Shown here one piece after another: positions 41,197 to 50,731 of a stretch of 64,000 bases of DNA (position 1 is the stretch's first letter; each line of letters opens with the position of its first letter). The translations under genes were made by a program, and so were the position numbers. The notes under the pieces were generated by a model. That model saw nothing but the letters and a program-made list of their open reading frames with translations. It had not been told where the DNA came from and ran no database searches. The DNA comes from an uncultured Thermotogae bacterium (lineage in GTDB: Bacteria; Bipolaricaulota; Bipolaricaulia; UBA7950; UBA9294): contig CAZMYM010000003.1 in assembly GCA_964570515.1 (NCBI GenBank), forward strand, positions 24,697 through 88,696. Reading direction: 5' to 3'.

Positions 41197-41483
41197 GATC
41201 CCGGCCCAACGGTCGCGGGCGGCAGCCTCTACTGCTGAATCGCGTGAGGAGCACGTCTCGGCACCTCGGTTTCCTGAGAGGTCCGCCGACGCAAGCTCGC
41301 AAGGGGCTCAACGCAAAGGGATTGCGGGCCGCATGGCCGCATGGCCGCCCGGTAAGATCGCGTCCGTCGACGTCCAAACTCTCGAGCGCAGTGTTCACCG
41401 TGCTCGGCATTGTTTCCCTTTCAGTTGATTGATGGCTTCTCCCGACCCGCCCACATGGTTTTCGTGCGCGATGGAGGTACCCA

Positions 41484-42419
41484 ATGGAGAGCGAGATCCG
41501 TTCCGAAGGTCTTGCGATCAGCGATAGCCCGACGAAGGAAGAGTGCGCGTTCATCCAGGCTCGACTGCGGGAGTTCAACCTGGAGGAGACGGACGGCAAG
41601 TTCGACTACCCGGGCGAGGAAGATCCGGGGCTCGCGTTCGATCTTGCCGTGAAGGACCCGAACGGAGACCTCGTAGGCGGGATCAACGTCAGTTCGATTC
41701 TCGGTGTGATGTGGTTGGAGGTGCTCTGGGTTGCGGATGCGCACCGGGGCCGCGGGCTTGCCAGCTGGCTCGTCCTCGAGGCGGAGCGGATCGCGTACGA
41801 GAAGGGCTGCGTCGGCGCCGGCACATGGACGTTCGACTGGCAGGGGGCCGACTTCTATCCGAGGATCGGCTTCGTCCTGAACGGGATCTACGAAGGGTAT
41901 CCGCTGGGGATGACGGAACACGTCCTCTCGAAGCGATTGCCGAGCCCAAAGGAGGTCCGGCGGAAGACCAGCCAGCGCGTGACACGCAGCAAACAAGACG
42001 GGTACAGACTCGTCGAGGAACCGACGAAAGACCAGATGCGGATCGTCGGCAACGGCCTTGAAGCGTACTGCGTCGCTCATGCTGGAGACGAGCGTGGAGA
42101 TCCTGGGATTCGCGTACAGCTGGTGGTCCGCGGCGGGGATGGAAGCGCGGTCGGCGGCCTGTTGGCCACCACGACGATTCGGATCATGGCGCTCGAAGAG
42201 CTTTGGATCGACGCCCGATATCGCGGGCAGGGCTACGGGAGAGAACTCATCGAGGAGGCCGAGCGAATCGCGCGAGCACATGGCTGCATCGCTGTGCAGG
42301 GGAACTGCCTGTCCTTCCAGGCGCCCGGGTTCTTCCATAGGCTCGGATACGCGTCATTCGGCGTCGTTGACGTCTACATGGACGACTACTCGGAGGACTT
42401 ACTGATCAAGAGGTTCTAG
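41484..42419 (+). CDS. Tandem GNAT N-acetyltransferase
   Basis: Two repeats: LWVADAHRGRGLA...WQGADFY and LWIDARYRGQGYG...FQAPGFFHRLGY. Confidence 0.88.
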   Translation: MESEIRSEGLAISDSPTKEECAFIQARLREFNLEETDGKFDYPGEEDPGLAFDLAVKDPNGDLVGGINVSSILGVMWLEVLWVADAHRGRGLASWLVLEAERIAYEKGCVGAGTWTFDWQGADFYPRIGFVLNGIYEGYPLGMTEHVLSKRLPSPKEVRRKTSQRVTRSKQDGYRLVEEPTKDQMRIVGNGLEAYCVAHAGDERGDPGIRVQLVVRGGDGSAVGGLLATTTIRIMALEELWIDARYRGQGYGRELIEEAERIARAHGCIAVQGNCLSFQAPGFFHRLGYASFGVVDVYMDDYSEDLLIKRF

Positions 42420-42508
42420 GTACCGGCGTTCCCGCGATTCGTAGCGGAACGCTCGGATGCTGCCCGCCGATGCCGACCTACGGATCGGGATTGGCTTCGC
42501 TACTGCGA

Positions 42509-42994
42509 TTACGGCTGCAGCCTCTCCCGTAACGCGGCTTCCACCGAGCTGGGCACGAACGTCGACACGTCGCCGCCGTAGGTACAGACCTCCTTGACGA
42601 TCGACGAGGAGAGGAAGCTGTACTTGCCGGCGGTCATGAAGAAGACCGACTCGAATTCCGGGGCGAGATCCCGGTTGGTGAGCGCCATTTGGAACTCATA
42701 CTCGAAGTCGGAATTGACCCGTAGCCCACGGACGATCGCGTCCGCGTCGTGCTTCCGCGCGCAGTTGACGAGGAGTCCGTCGTAGCTGATGACTTCGATC
42801 CCGTTGATCCCCGCCTCGGCCAGAGCGGCTTTCGTGATCTCCACGCGCTCGTCAAGCGTGAACAGCGGTTGCTTGTGCGGATTGGCGACGACGGCGACGT
42901 ACAGCTTTGGGAAGAGCCCACGTGCTCTCCGAACGATGTCGATGTGCCCGAAGGTGATCGGATCGAAAGTTCCCGGATAGATCGCGACAGCCAT
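42509..42994 (-). CDS. coaD: Phosphopantetheine adenylyltransferase
   Basis: YPGTFDPITFGHIDI, VRGLR, DFEYE, LSSSIVKE. Confidence 0.96.
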   Translation of the reverse strand: MAVAIYPGTFDPITFGHIDIVRRARGLFPKLYVAVVANPHKQPLFTLDERVEITKAALAEAGINGIEVISYDGLLVNCARKHDADAIVRGLRVNSDFEYEFQMALTNRDLAPEFESVFFMTAGKYSFLSSSIVKEVCTYGGDVSTFVPSSVEAALRERLQP

Positions 42995-43057
42995 GGCCCG
43001 TCATCGTACCCAAGACGGATCGGGCGGCACAAGATTGGCGTTGGTGATGTGACGATG

Positions 43058-44311
43058 CTACGTGCTCGGTCCGACGGTCGTGACGTGGAGCTTCTCCAGA
43101 CAGAGGAACCGCTCGATGACCGTTGCGATGTCGGCCGCGCTGACGGCGTCGAGCTTCAGAAGGACCTCTTCGGGCGAGAGGATCTCACGACCTGCGACCG
43201 CGGCCGTGCCCAGGCGCATCGCCCGATTGGCGTTCGCCTCCATCCCGAGGATGAACAGACCGCGCAGCCGCGCCTTGGCGAGGGCGATCTCGTCTCCGTC
43301 CGGCGGCTCTTCGCGCAGGCGCGAGATCTCGCCTTCGAGAAGACCCTGTACTTCGGGTGTGTGATTCGGCGCGGTGCCGGCGTAGAACATCCACAGTCCG
43401 GCGTCGGTGTAACGCAGGAAAGTGGAGCCGACGGAGTACGCGAGGCCGCGATCTTCGCGGATCGCTCGGAACAGACGCGAACTCGTACCGTCTCCGAGAA
43501 TCACGTTGAGCAATTCGAGCGCGTATCGATCGGGATCGTCTGCCGGAGGGCCGGGAAGCGCGATGTAGATGTGCGACTGGCCCGCCGCGCACTCGTTGTG
43601 GTGTCGTCCGTCGCGGAAGCGCGGCGGGATCCTGGCAACTTCCGTTTCTCTTGGTGTGTCCGAGAGTCCGAAACGGCGTGCGACATCGTCGATGAAGGAA
43701 TGGACCTCGATCGCTCCCGACGCCGCGAGCACCATCTCTTCCGGGTGATAGTGACGATCGTGGTGAGCAGCGACCTCATCGTGGCTGGCGGCTTCGATCG
43801 CCTCTCGGGTTCCCAGGACGGAGCGAGAGAGCGCATGGCCGTCATCCCACACGGCGGCGATGAAGCGGTCGAAAGCGGTCGCCTCAGGGTCGTCTTCGTG
43901 CCCGCGGATCTCATCGAGGACGACCGTTCGTTCGAGATTGACCTTCTCTGGAGCGAATGCGGGGTTGCGGACGAGGTCGACCACCAGGTCGAGCGCGGTG
44001 TCGATGCCATAGGCGGGGACGTCGGCATAGAAGACGGTCGACTCTCGCCCGGTCGCGGCGTTCAGATTCCCCCCGACCGAATCGATTTCGCGCGAGATCT
44101 GGGCCGCGTCCCGAGTTGTCGTCCCCTTGAAGGCGAGATGCTCGATGAAGTGGGCGAGTCCGGGGCTCGAATCCGGGTCGTCGCGGCTGCCGACGTTGAT
44201 CCACGTGCCGACACTGACAGAGCGTGACTGCGGATCCTCTTCGGCGAAGATCCGCAGTCCGTTATCGATCCGTGTCGTGTATGCCCGCTCGTAGAGGCGT
44301 TCGGCTACCAA
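43058..44311 (-). CDS. M16 family zinc peptidase
   Basis: GSRDD..GLAHFIEHLAFKG (HxxEH), RLFRAIREDRGLAYSV. Confidence 0.92.
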   Translation of the reverse strand: MVAERLYERAYTTRIDNGLRIFAEEDPQSRSVSVGTWINVGSRDDPDSSPGLAHFIEHLAFKGTTTRDAAQISREIDSVGGNLNAATGRESTVFYADVPAYGIDTALDLVVDLVRNPAFAPEKVNLERTVVLDEIRGHEDDPEATAFDRFIAAVWDDGHALSRSVLGTREAIEAASHDEVAAHHDRHYHPEEMVLAASGAIEVHSFIDDVARRFGLSDTPRETEVARIPPRFRDGRHHNECAAGQSHIYIALPGPPADDPDRYALELLNVILGDGTSSRLFRAIREDRGLAYSVGSTFLRYTDAGLWMFYAGTAPNHTPEVQGLLEGEISRLREEPPDGDEIALAKARLRGLFILGMEANANRAMRLGTAAVAGREILSPEEVLLKLDAVSAADIATVIERFLCLEKLHVTTVGPST

Positions 44312-46986
44312 CGATCCTCGAGTTCAGGTTGCGCCGGGTCGTCCTCTTGCTGTTCGTCAGCCGTCGGCTCTTCGGCATCCACCGACGCTGGTTGGTCGTC
44401 CGGCTCCGGCGGGCTGTCCTCCTCCGGCTGACTCTCCTGCTCCGGCTGACTCTCCTTCTCCGGCTGACTCTCCTGCTCCGGTTGACTCTCCTGCTCGTGT
44501 TCCTCGAAATCCAGCTTGGCTTCCGGGACTTCCACGTCCTCTGTCTTGGGCTTCTGCCCCTCGCCTTCCGGCAGGATCCTGCGAAGCTTGTAGCGTCCTC
44601 GTTCGTCGACGTTCATCACTTCGACGGTGACGGAGTCCCCTGTGCGAACGACGTCGGTTACCCGCCGGACGTACTCATCCGAGAGGGCCGAGATGTGGAT
44701 CAACCCGGTGACATCGGGAGCGAGATCGACGAACGCGCCGTACTCGGTCGTGTTGCTCACCGTTCCCTCGATGATGTCGCCTGCCTTGATCTGCGACGCG
44801 GGGGCTGCAGATCTCGCAGGTTCTCGCCGCCGGCCTGACGAACGATCGCTTCGTCCTCTTCGCTCGTCTCGATCTCCACCTTCGGGTTCACCCGGCTCGA
44901 TTCGCTTGAGGTCGGGCCGCCCCATCTTGTCTTCGCCGATGACCTTGATCGTGATCTCGTCGCCGACCGAGACGTGGTCCGTGACCTTGTCGACGAACCC
45001 GGAGGCGAGGTTGGAGACGTGAACAAGACCCTCGCCGCCACCCTTCAACTCGACGAACGCGCCAAAGTCGACGATTCGCGTCACCTTCGTGGTGAAGACG
45101 GTGCCTACTTCGAGTTCCGCAGTCAGATCCTCGATGATCTGGCGTGCAGCGGCGGCCGATGTGTCGTCCGGACTGGCGATCTTCACCGTGCCGTCGTCGG
45201 AAATGTCGATCTCCGCGCCGGTGTTCTCGACGATCTGACGGATCGTCTTTCCTCCGGGGCCGATGACGAGGCCGATCTTGTCGACCGGGATCGTGATCGT
45301 AATCAGCCTCGGCGCGTACGTGGAGAGCTCCGTTCTCGGCGCACGGATCGCTTTCTCCATCTCGGAGAGAATCGTAAGCCTTGCCTGTCGCGCTTGGGTG
45401 AGTGCCTCCTGCAGCGTGGCGCTGTCGATCCCGCCGACCTTGACGTCGAGCTGGAATCCCGTGACTCCATCCTTCGTCCCGACGACCTTGAAGTCCATGT
45501 CGCCGTGGTGATCTTCGGCGCCCTGGATGTCCGTGAGGACGACGCGGCGTCCCGTCGCCGGATCTTCGATCATCCCCATCGCGATCCCGGCGACCGCCTT
45601 CTTGATCGTGACGCCGGCGTCCATCATCGCCAGCGACGCGCTGCAGACCGTCGCCATCGAAGAAGAGCCGTTCGACTCCAGGATCTCCGAGACGATACGG
45701 ACGACGTACGGGAAGTCTTCCACGTCGGGCATGACGCTCTGCAAGGAGTTCTCAGCCAGATACCCGTGGCCGATCGATCGTCGGCTCGGGCTGCCGATTC
45801 GGCCGACTTCTCCGACCGAGAACGGCGGGAAGTTGTAGTGAAGCATGAAGCGTTTCCGGCCGTCGAACATCATCTGATCGATGATCTGCTCGGCGTGGCG
45901 TGTGGCTCCAAGGGTGACGATCCCAAGGCTCTGCGTCTCGCCGCGAGTGAACAGGGCCGACCCGTGTGTGCGGGGGAGAACGGAGACGCGGCAGGAGATC
46001 GGCCGAACTTCGTCGGGACGGCGGCCGTCGAGGCGAATCCCTTGCTCCAGCACTTGCTGTCGCATGTACTTCTCAAGGAGCGACTCCACGGCACCCTCGA
46101 CCGCCTTCTTGCCCGAAGCGGCCTCCTCTTCGGGGGTCTCTTCCGGGACGAGACGGGCGACCGCGTGTTTCTTCAGCTCTGCAACGAAGTCATCGCGCCC
46201 GCGCTTTGAGTCGAGCGTGTTCATGGACGGGAACTCACTCCAAACGAGCTCCTTCACGCGGCCGATCAGGTCGTGATCCTCAATCGGGGTTTCGACGACC
46301 GTCTTCTTGATCGAACCCATCCGGTCGACGAACCGTTCCTGCAGAGCGATCAGCTCCCGCACGGCTTGATGGCCGACTTCGATCGCCTCGACGACCTCGT
46401 CTTCGGAGAGTTCGTCCATCATCCCCTCGACCATCGTGACAGCCTCTTTCGTCCCGGCGACGGTGATGTGGACGCAACTCTCCTCGCGCGTCTCCGCATC
46501 CGGATTCACGATGAAGCGCCCGTCCTTTCGCCCGACGCTGACGCCGGCGATCGGCCCTTGGAACGGAGCCCGAGAGATCATCAACGCAGCGGACGCACTC
46601 AGGATCGCAAGCGAACTCGGCGGGCAGTCCGGCTCTGCGGAGAGGACGGTCGCCACGATCTGGACCTCGTCGTTGTAGCCCTTCGGGAAGAGAGGACGAA
46701 TCGGGCGGTCGATCATCCGGCCCGTCAGGACCGCGACGTCGCTCGGTCGCCCCTCGCGCTTGAAAAAGCCTCCCGGGATCTTACCGGCCGCGTAGAATCG
46801 CTCCTCGTAGTCGACGCGAAGCGGGAAGTAGTCGATGTCGCTACGCGGGTCCGCGGTCACAACGGTGACCAGCACGTGGGTGTCGCCGTACGTCGCCAGC
46901 ACGGCGCCGTCTGCTTGTCGGGCGATCTGCCCGGTCTCTAGCGCAAGCTCCTTGCCATTGAACTGGATGCTTTCACGGATGTACAT
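44305..46986 (-). CDS. pnp: Polyribonucleotide nucleotidyltransferase with a second S1 domain and an acidic repeat tail
   Basis: DYFPLRVDYEER..AGKIPGGF, RTHGSALFTRGETQ, ESNGSSSMA, GDMDFKV, KH, two S1 domains. Confidence 0.96.
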   Translation of the reverse strand: MYIRESIQFNGKELALETGQIARQADGAVLATYGDTHVLVTVVTADPRSDIDYFPLRVDYEERFYAAGKIPGGFFKREGRPSDVAVLTGRMIDRPIRPLFPKGYNDEVQIVATVLSAEPDCPPSSLAILSASAALMISRAPFQGPIAGVSVGRKDGRFIVNPDAETREESCVHITVAGTKEAVTMVEGMMDELSEDEVVEAIEVGHQAVRELIALQERFVDRMGSIKKTVVETPIEDHDLIGRVKELVWSEFPSMNTLDSKRGRDDFVAELKKHAVARLVPEETPEEEAASGKKAVEGAVESLLEKYMRQQVLEQGIRLDGRRPDEVRPISCRVSVLPRTHGSALFTRGETQSLGIVTLGATRHAEQIIDQMMFDGRKRFMLHYNFPPFSVGEVGRIGSPSRRSIGHGYLAENSLQSVMPDVEDFPYVVRIVSEILESNGSSSMATVCSASLAMMDAGVTIKKAVAGIAMGMIEDPATGRRVVLTDIQGAEDHHGDMDFKVVGTKDGVTGFQLDVKVGGIDSATLQEALTQARQARLTILSEMEKAIRAPRTELSTYAPRLITITIPVDKIGLVIGPGGKTIRQIVENTGAEIDISDDGTVKIASPDDTSAAAARQIIEDLTAELEVGTVFTTKVTRIVDFGAFVELKGGGEGLVHVSNLASGFVDKVTDHVSVGDEITIKVIGEDKMGRPDLKRIEPGEPEGGDRDERRGRSDRSSGRRREPARSAAPASQIKAGDIIEGTVSNTTEYGAFVDLAPDVTGLIHISALSDEYVRRVTDVVRTGDSVTVEVMNVDERGRYKLRRILPEGEGQKPKTEDVEVPEAKLDFEEHEQESQPEQESQPEKESQPEQESQPEEDSPPEPDDQPASVDAEEPTADEQQEDDPAQPELEDRW
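44404..44493 (-). repeat. 18-bp coding tandem repeat (QESQPE-type, four units plus one degenerate) in the pnp tail
   Basis: CTCCGGCTGACTCTCCTG units at 44422, 44440, 44458 and 44476. Confidence 0.9.
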
Positions 46987-46993
46987 GGAATGT

Positions 46994-47266
46994 CTAGACT
47001 CCTCTGATCTCCAATCTCGCGATCAATTCCCGGTAGCCTACGAGATCTTGACGTTTGACGTACTTCAGCAAGCGTCGACGTTGGCCGACCATCTTTCGTA
47101 GGCCTCGCTGCGAGCTGAAGTCTTTCTTGTGGGTTCCCAGATGCTCTGTCAGTTCTCGGATCCGCGCGGTGAGCAAAGCGATCTGAACGACCGCGGATCC
47201 GGTGTCCTTTTCGTTCTGGGCGAATTCCTGAATGATCTCCGACTTCTTCTCTACCTTCAGTCCCAT
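46994..47266 (-). CDS. rpsO: 30S ribosomal protein S15
   Basis: [39 protein letters not shown]. Confidence 0.96.
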   Translation of the reverse strand: MGLKVEKKSEIIQEFAQNEKDTGSAVVQIALLTARIRELTEHLGTHKKDFSSQRGLRKMVGQRRRLLKYVKRQDLVGYRELIARLEIRGV

Positions 47267-47326
47267 TCTCTCTCCTCTCCCTCGTCCGAGAAGGGGCATT
47301 GTCCACCCTCCCAGGCGGGGTAGCAG

Positions 47327-48601
47327 CTAGATTCCAAGCCTGCGAAGCAGGCGCTCGACCTCCGATTGTACCCGCTCCTCGTCGATGGTGAGGAGCTCTC
47401 CGTTCTTCAGGAGGATCTGCCCGTCAACGATCACGTCCGTCACGTCAGCTGAACTCGCCGCGTACGCCAGCATCGGGATCGGATCGTGCGGTGGCCACGT
47501 GTGACTGCGACTCGGATCGAGCAGAACGACGTCCGCGACAGCGCCCACACTCAGGCCTTCCGCGGAAATCCCGAGGGCTCTCCGCCCCACATCTGTGGCC
47601 ATTCGGAACGCATCGTGACCCGATAGGCTCTCCGGGTCCTCGTTGTGTCCGCGTTGAAGAATCCACGCGGCGCGCATCTCCTCGACCATGTCGAGTCGGT
47701 TGTTCGATGCTGCGCCATCGGTTCCGAGAGCGACGGCGATCCCGGCTTGGCGCATGGCTGCCACCGGAGCGACGCCGCTTCCCAGTTTCGCGTTGCTCTT
47801 TGGGCAGTGAGCGACGCGGACGTCTCGGTCCGCCAAGATGGCGATGTCCCGCTCATCGACGTGAACGCAGTGCGCCGCCACCGTCGGGACATCGAACGCG
47901 CCCATCCGTTCGAGGTAGGCCACCGGACTCAGGCCCGTCTGCGCCTTCCATGTCTCGACCTCGCTCCTCGTCTCCGCCAAGTGCGTGTGAACGGGAACGC
48001 CGAGATCACGAGCCATCTCGATCGCTTCCCGCCACACGTCCTCGCCGCACGTGTAGACGGCATGAGGACTCACCGCGATGCCGATTCGTCCTTCGCAAGC
48101 ACCGTTCCACCGCTCGATGAGCTTTCGAGTCGTCCCCAGTTCGCTCCGACCGCGGTCGTCGAGGGATTTGGCGACCATGCCATACGACAGAAGAGCGCGG
48201 AGACCGCTCTCTTCCACGGCACGAGCGGCCTCGTTCGTGTGGAAGTACATGTCGGCGACGCAAGTCGTCCCGCCGCGGATTGCTTCGGCAAGAGCAAGCA
48301 GCGTGCACCAATAGACGTCCTCAGGCTGCAGTTTGCGCTCGATGGGCCAGATGTAGTCTTCGAGCCACACACGCAACGACACCCCGTCAGCAAGCCCTCG
48401 AAAGAGCACCATCGCCAGGTGCGTGTGTGTGTTGGCAAATCCCGAAAACGCGAGCTTCCGGTTCGCGTCGATGTCCACGTCCCCCGGCTTGGGGAGCATC
48501 TCCTCTTCTGTCAGACCAACGAAGACGTTCCCCTCGAACCGCAAGGACAACAGCCGATCCGATCCTATGACCGGCCGGATGTTTCTCAGAACCGTTCCCA
48601 T
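47327..48601 (-). CDS. mtaD: Amidohydrolase, MTA/SAH deaminase-like
   Basis: NTHTH, SPHAVYT, HTHLAET, AAHCVH, HCPKSNAKL, LGTDGAASNN. Confidence 0.82.
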   Translation of the reverse strand: MGTVLRNIRPVIGSDRLLSLRFEGNVFVGLTEEEMLPKPGDVDIDANRKLAFSGFANTHTHLAMVLFRGLADGVSLRVWLEDYIWPIERKLQPEDVYWCTLLALAEAIRGGTTCVADMYFHTNEAARAVEESGLRALLSYGMVAKSLDDRGRSELGTTRKLIERWNGACEGRIGIAVSPHAVYTCGEDVWREAIEMARDLGVPVHTHLAETRSEVETWKAQTGLSPVAYLERMGAFDVPTVAAHCVHVDERDIAILADRDVRVAHCPKSNAKLGSGVAPVAAMRQAGIAVALGTDGAASNNRLDMVEEMRAAWILQRGHNEDPESLSGHDAFRMATDVGRRALGISAEGLSVGAVADVVLLDPSRSHTWPPHDPIPMLAYAASSADVTDVIVDGQILLKNGELLTIDEERVQSEVERLLRRLGI

Positions 48602-48728
48602 TCAATCCTCTCACACGAAACGTGCAAGCCGCATTGTATCTTTGCCTCGAGAGGACCGCAATCGATCAACGCGACCGTCTCCTGGGTTGCATCGCGTCTT
48701 GAAAGGCAATATAAGAGGAGACAAAACC

Positions 48729-49067
48729 ATGTCTCTTTCGGGGGCGGAAGCAGAGGAGAGAGCCTGTCTCCTTCTCAAGGAGCTGGGATACATGATCGTA
48801 GCGCGCAACTGGCGCTCCCGATACGGGGAGATCGACATCATTGCACGCGATGGCTCGACCATCGTTTTCGTCGAAGTGAAGGCCCGCTCGAGTCGAGGGT
48901 TCGGAGGCCCCGATGCCGCAGTCGATATTGGCAAGCAACGCCGGATCGCCTCCACAGCCGGTCAGTTCCTTCAACAAACGAGGTGCGAGCTGCAGGCGAG
49001 GTTCGATGTGGTGACGTTCTCCGGAGAGCGTCCAAGCGTGTACCGAGACGCGTTCAGGATTCGGTGA
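48729..49067 (+). CDS. yraN: YraN family (UPF0102) protein
   Basis: G..AEE.A..LL...GY.I..RNWR..YGEIDII...IVFVEVKAR. Confidence 0.92.
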   Translation: MSLSGAEAEERACLLLKELGYMIVARNWRSRYGEIDIIARDGSTIVFVEVKARSSRGFGGPDAAVDIGKQRRIASTAGQFLQQTRCELQARFDVVTFSGERPSVYRDAFRIR

Positions 49068-49071
49068 GGAC

Positions 49072-50610
49072 ATGTTCGCACGACTGACCAGCGGAGCGGT
49101 CGTTGGCATCGATGCCCGCCTCATCGAAGTGCAATGCGACATCGCGGGCGGTCTGCCGACGTTCCAGATTGTCGGCCTTCCGGAGAAAGAGGTCTCCGAA
49201 AGCCGGGAACGCATTCGCAGCGCCATCAAGAATTCCGGTTTCTCATTCCCGGCCGGCCGCATCACGGCGAACCTCGCTCCGGCGGACGTGCGAAAAGCAG
49301 GAGTCGGCTACGATTTGCCCATTGCACTGGCCATCTTGATCGCGTCAGAGCAGCTGCCCGGGGTCTCAGAGCAGCGCCCCATCGTTGGCGAACTCGCTCT
49401 GAACGGCGACGTCAGGGGGATCTCCGGTGTCCTTCCACTAGCGCTCGAAGCGCTTGATCGGGGATTGAGTGGGGTCATTGTTCCTGTCGAGAACGCAGCC
49501 GAGGCGGCGCTGATTGATGGCGTGAAAGCCTATCCGATCAAGACGCTGTCCGATGCCGCGGCCTTTCTTGGAGGGGACATCGAGATCGAAGCGCAGCCGT
49601 GCGACGTCGCCCACTTGCTCGCTGGCACGGCGGAAGCGATCCGGCACGACCTCGCCGACATCCGTGGCCAAGCTCAGGCAAAGCGGGCGCTCGAGATCGC
49701 GGCGGCGGGCGGCCACAACCTGCTACTTACCGGCCCACCGGGAGCAGGGAAGAGCCTTCTGGCACGTTCTCTGCCCGAGCTTCTTCCGCCGCTGTCGTTC
49801 GAGGAGGCGCTCGAGGTTACGCGGGTCTACAGCATCGCGGGCCTCCTCGAGCGAGGTGGCTCGCTCGTTGTTCGTAGACCGTTTCGTGCTCCGCACCACA
49901 CCATTTCGTACGCCGGAATGGTGGGGGGAGGCCACGGGATTCCGGGACCTGGGGAGATCAGCCTCTCGCATCACGGCGTCCTGTTCCTCGACGAACTGCC
50001 GGAGTACGATCGGCGCGTTCTTGAGACGTTGCGACAACCGCTCGAGGATCGGACGATCCTTCTCTCACGTGCCGGGATTTCCGTTCGATACCCTGCCTCC
50101 TTCACTCTCGTTGCAGCGATGAATCCTTGCCCCTGTGGGTTTCTTGGAGACACCATCAAGCCGTGCACATGCTCGATGCACGATGTTCGCCGCTACCGCA
50201 AGCGGTTGTCCGGCCCGTTCCTTGATCGAATCGACCTGTTTGTCGAGGTGCCTCGCCTTCCGGTTGAGGATCTATTCGGAAGGCGGAGGAGTGCCAACTC
50301 CGACACGGTTCGCGACGCGGTGGAGGCGGCACGGCGTGTTCAGTGGGAGCGCATGAGAGAGGACGACGGACGCTTCTCGAACGCGGAACTCGATTCGGAA
50401 GGAGTTCGCGCTCACTGCGCCCTGGGAGAGGAAGGGGCCACGCTGCTCAAGCGGGCGGTCGCCCGCTTCGGCCTGAGCGCGCGCGGGCACGTGCGTGTTC
50501 TTCGCGTTGCCCGGACGATTGCCGATCTCGACCGCGCCGAGCATATCGAGGCTGCTCACGTCGCTGAAGCGCTACGATATCGCGGGGACCGAAGCGCTCC
50601 AGGAGGATGA
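49072..50610 (+). CDS. comM: YifB/ComM Mg-chelatase-like AAA ATPase
   Basis: FQIVGLP, NLAPADVRKAG..YDLP, GPPGAGKS, GEISLSHHGVLFLDE, MNPCPCG, LSGPFLDRID. Confidence 0.92.
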   Translation: MFARLTSGAVVGIDARLIEVQCDIAGGLPTFQIVGLPEKEVSESRERIRSAIKNSGFSFPAGRITANLAPADVRKAGVGYDLPIALAILIASEQLPGVSEQRPIVGELALNGDVRGISGVLPLALEALDRGLSGVIVPVENAAEAALIDGVKAYPIKTLSDAAAFLGGDIEIEAQPCDVAHLLAGTAEAIRHDLADIRGQAQAKRALEIAAAGGHNLLLTGPPGAGKSLLARSLPELLPPLSFEEALEVTRVYSIAGLLERGGSLVVRRPFRAPHHTISYAGMVGGGHGIPGPGEISLSHHGVLFLDELPEYDRRVLETLRQPLEDRTILLSRAGISVRYPASFTLVAAMNPCPCGFLGDTIKPCTCSMHDVRRYRKRLSGPFLDRIDLFVEVPRLPVEDLFGRRRSANSDTVRDAVEAARRVQWERMREDDGRFSNAELDSEGVRAHCALGEEGATLLKRAVARFGLSARGHVRVLRVARTIADLDRAEHIEAAHVAEALRYRGDRSAPGG

Positions 50611-50731
50611 CCGCTTGCGCTGACCCGTTCATGAAAACTCCACATCGCGCGGGTAAAGTCTGACCTCACGCAAGGTCAAGACCGTTTGCACCGAGGTGTC
50701 TTGGTGCCGGATCTGCTTGAGGAGGACGTGC

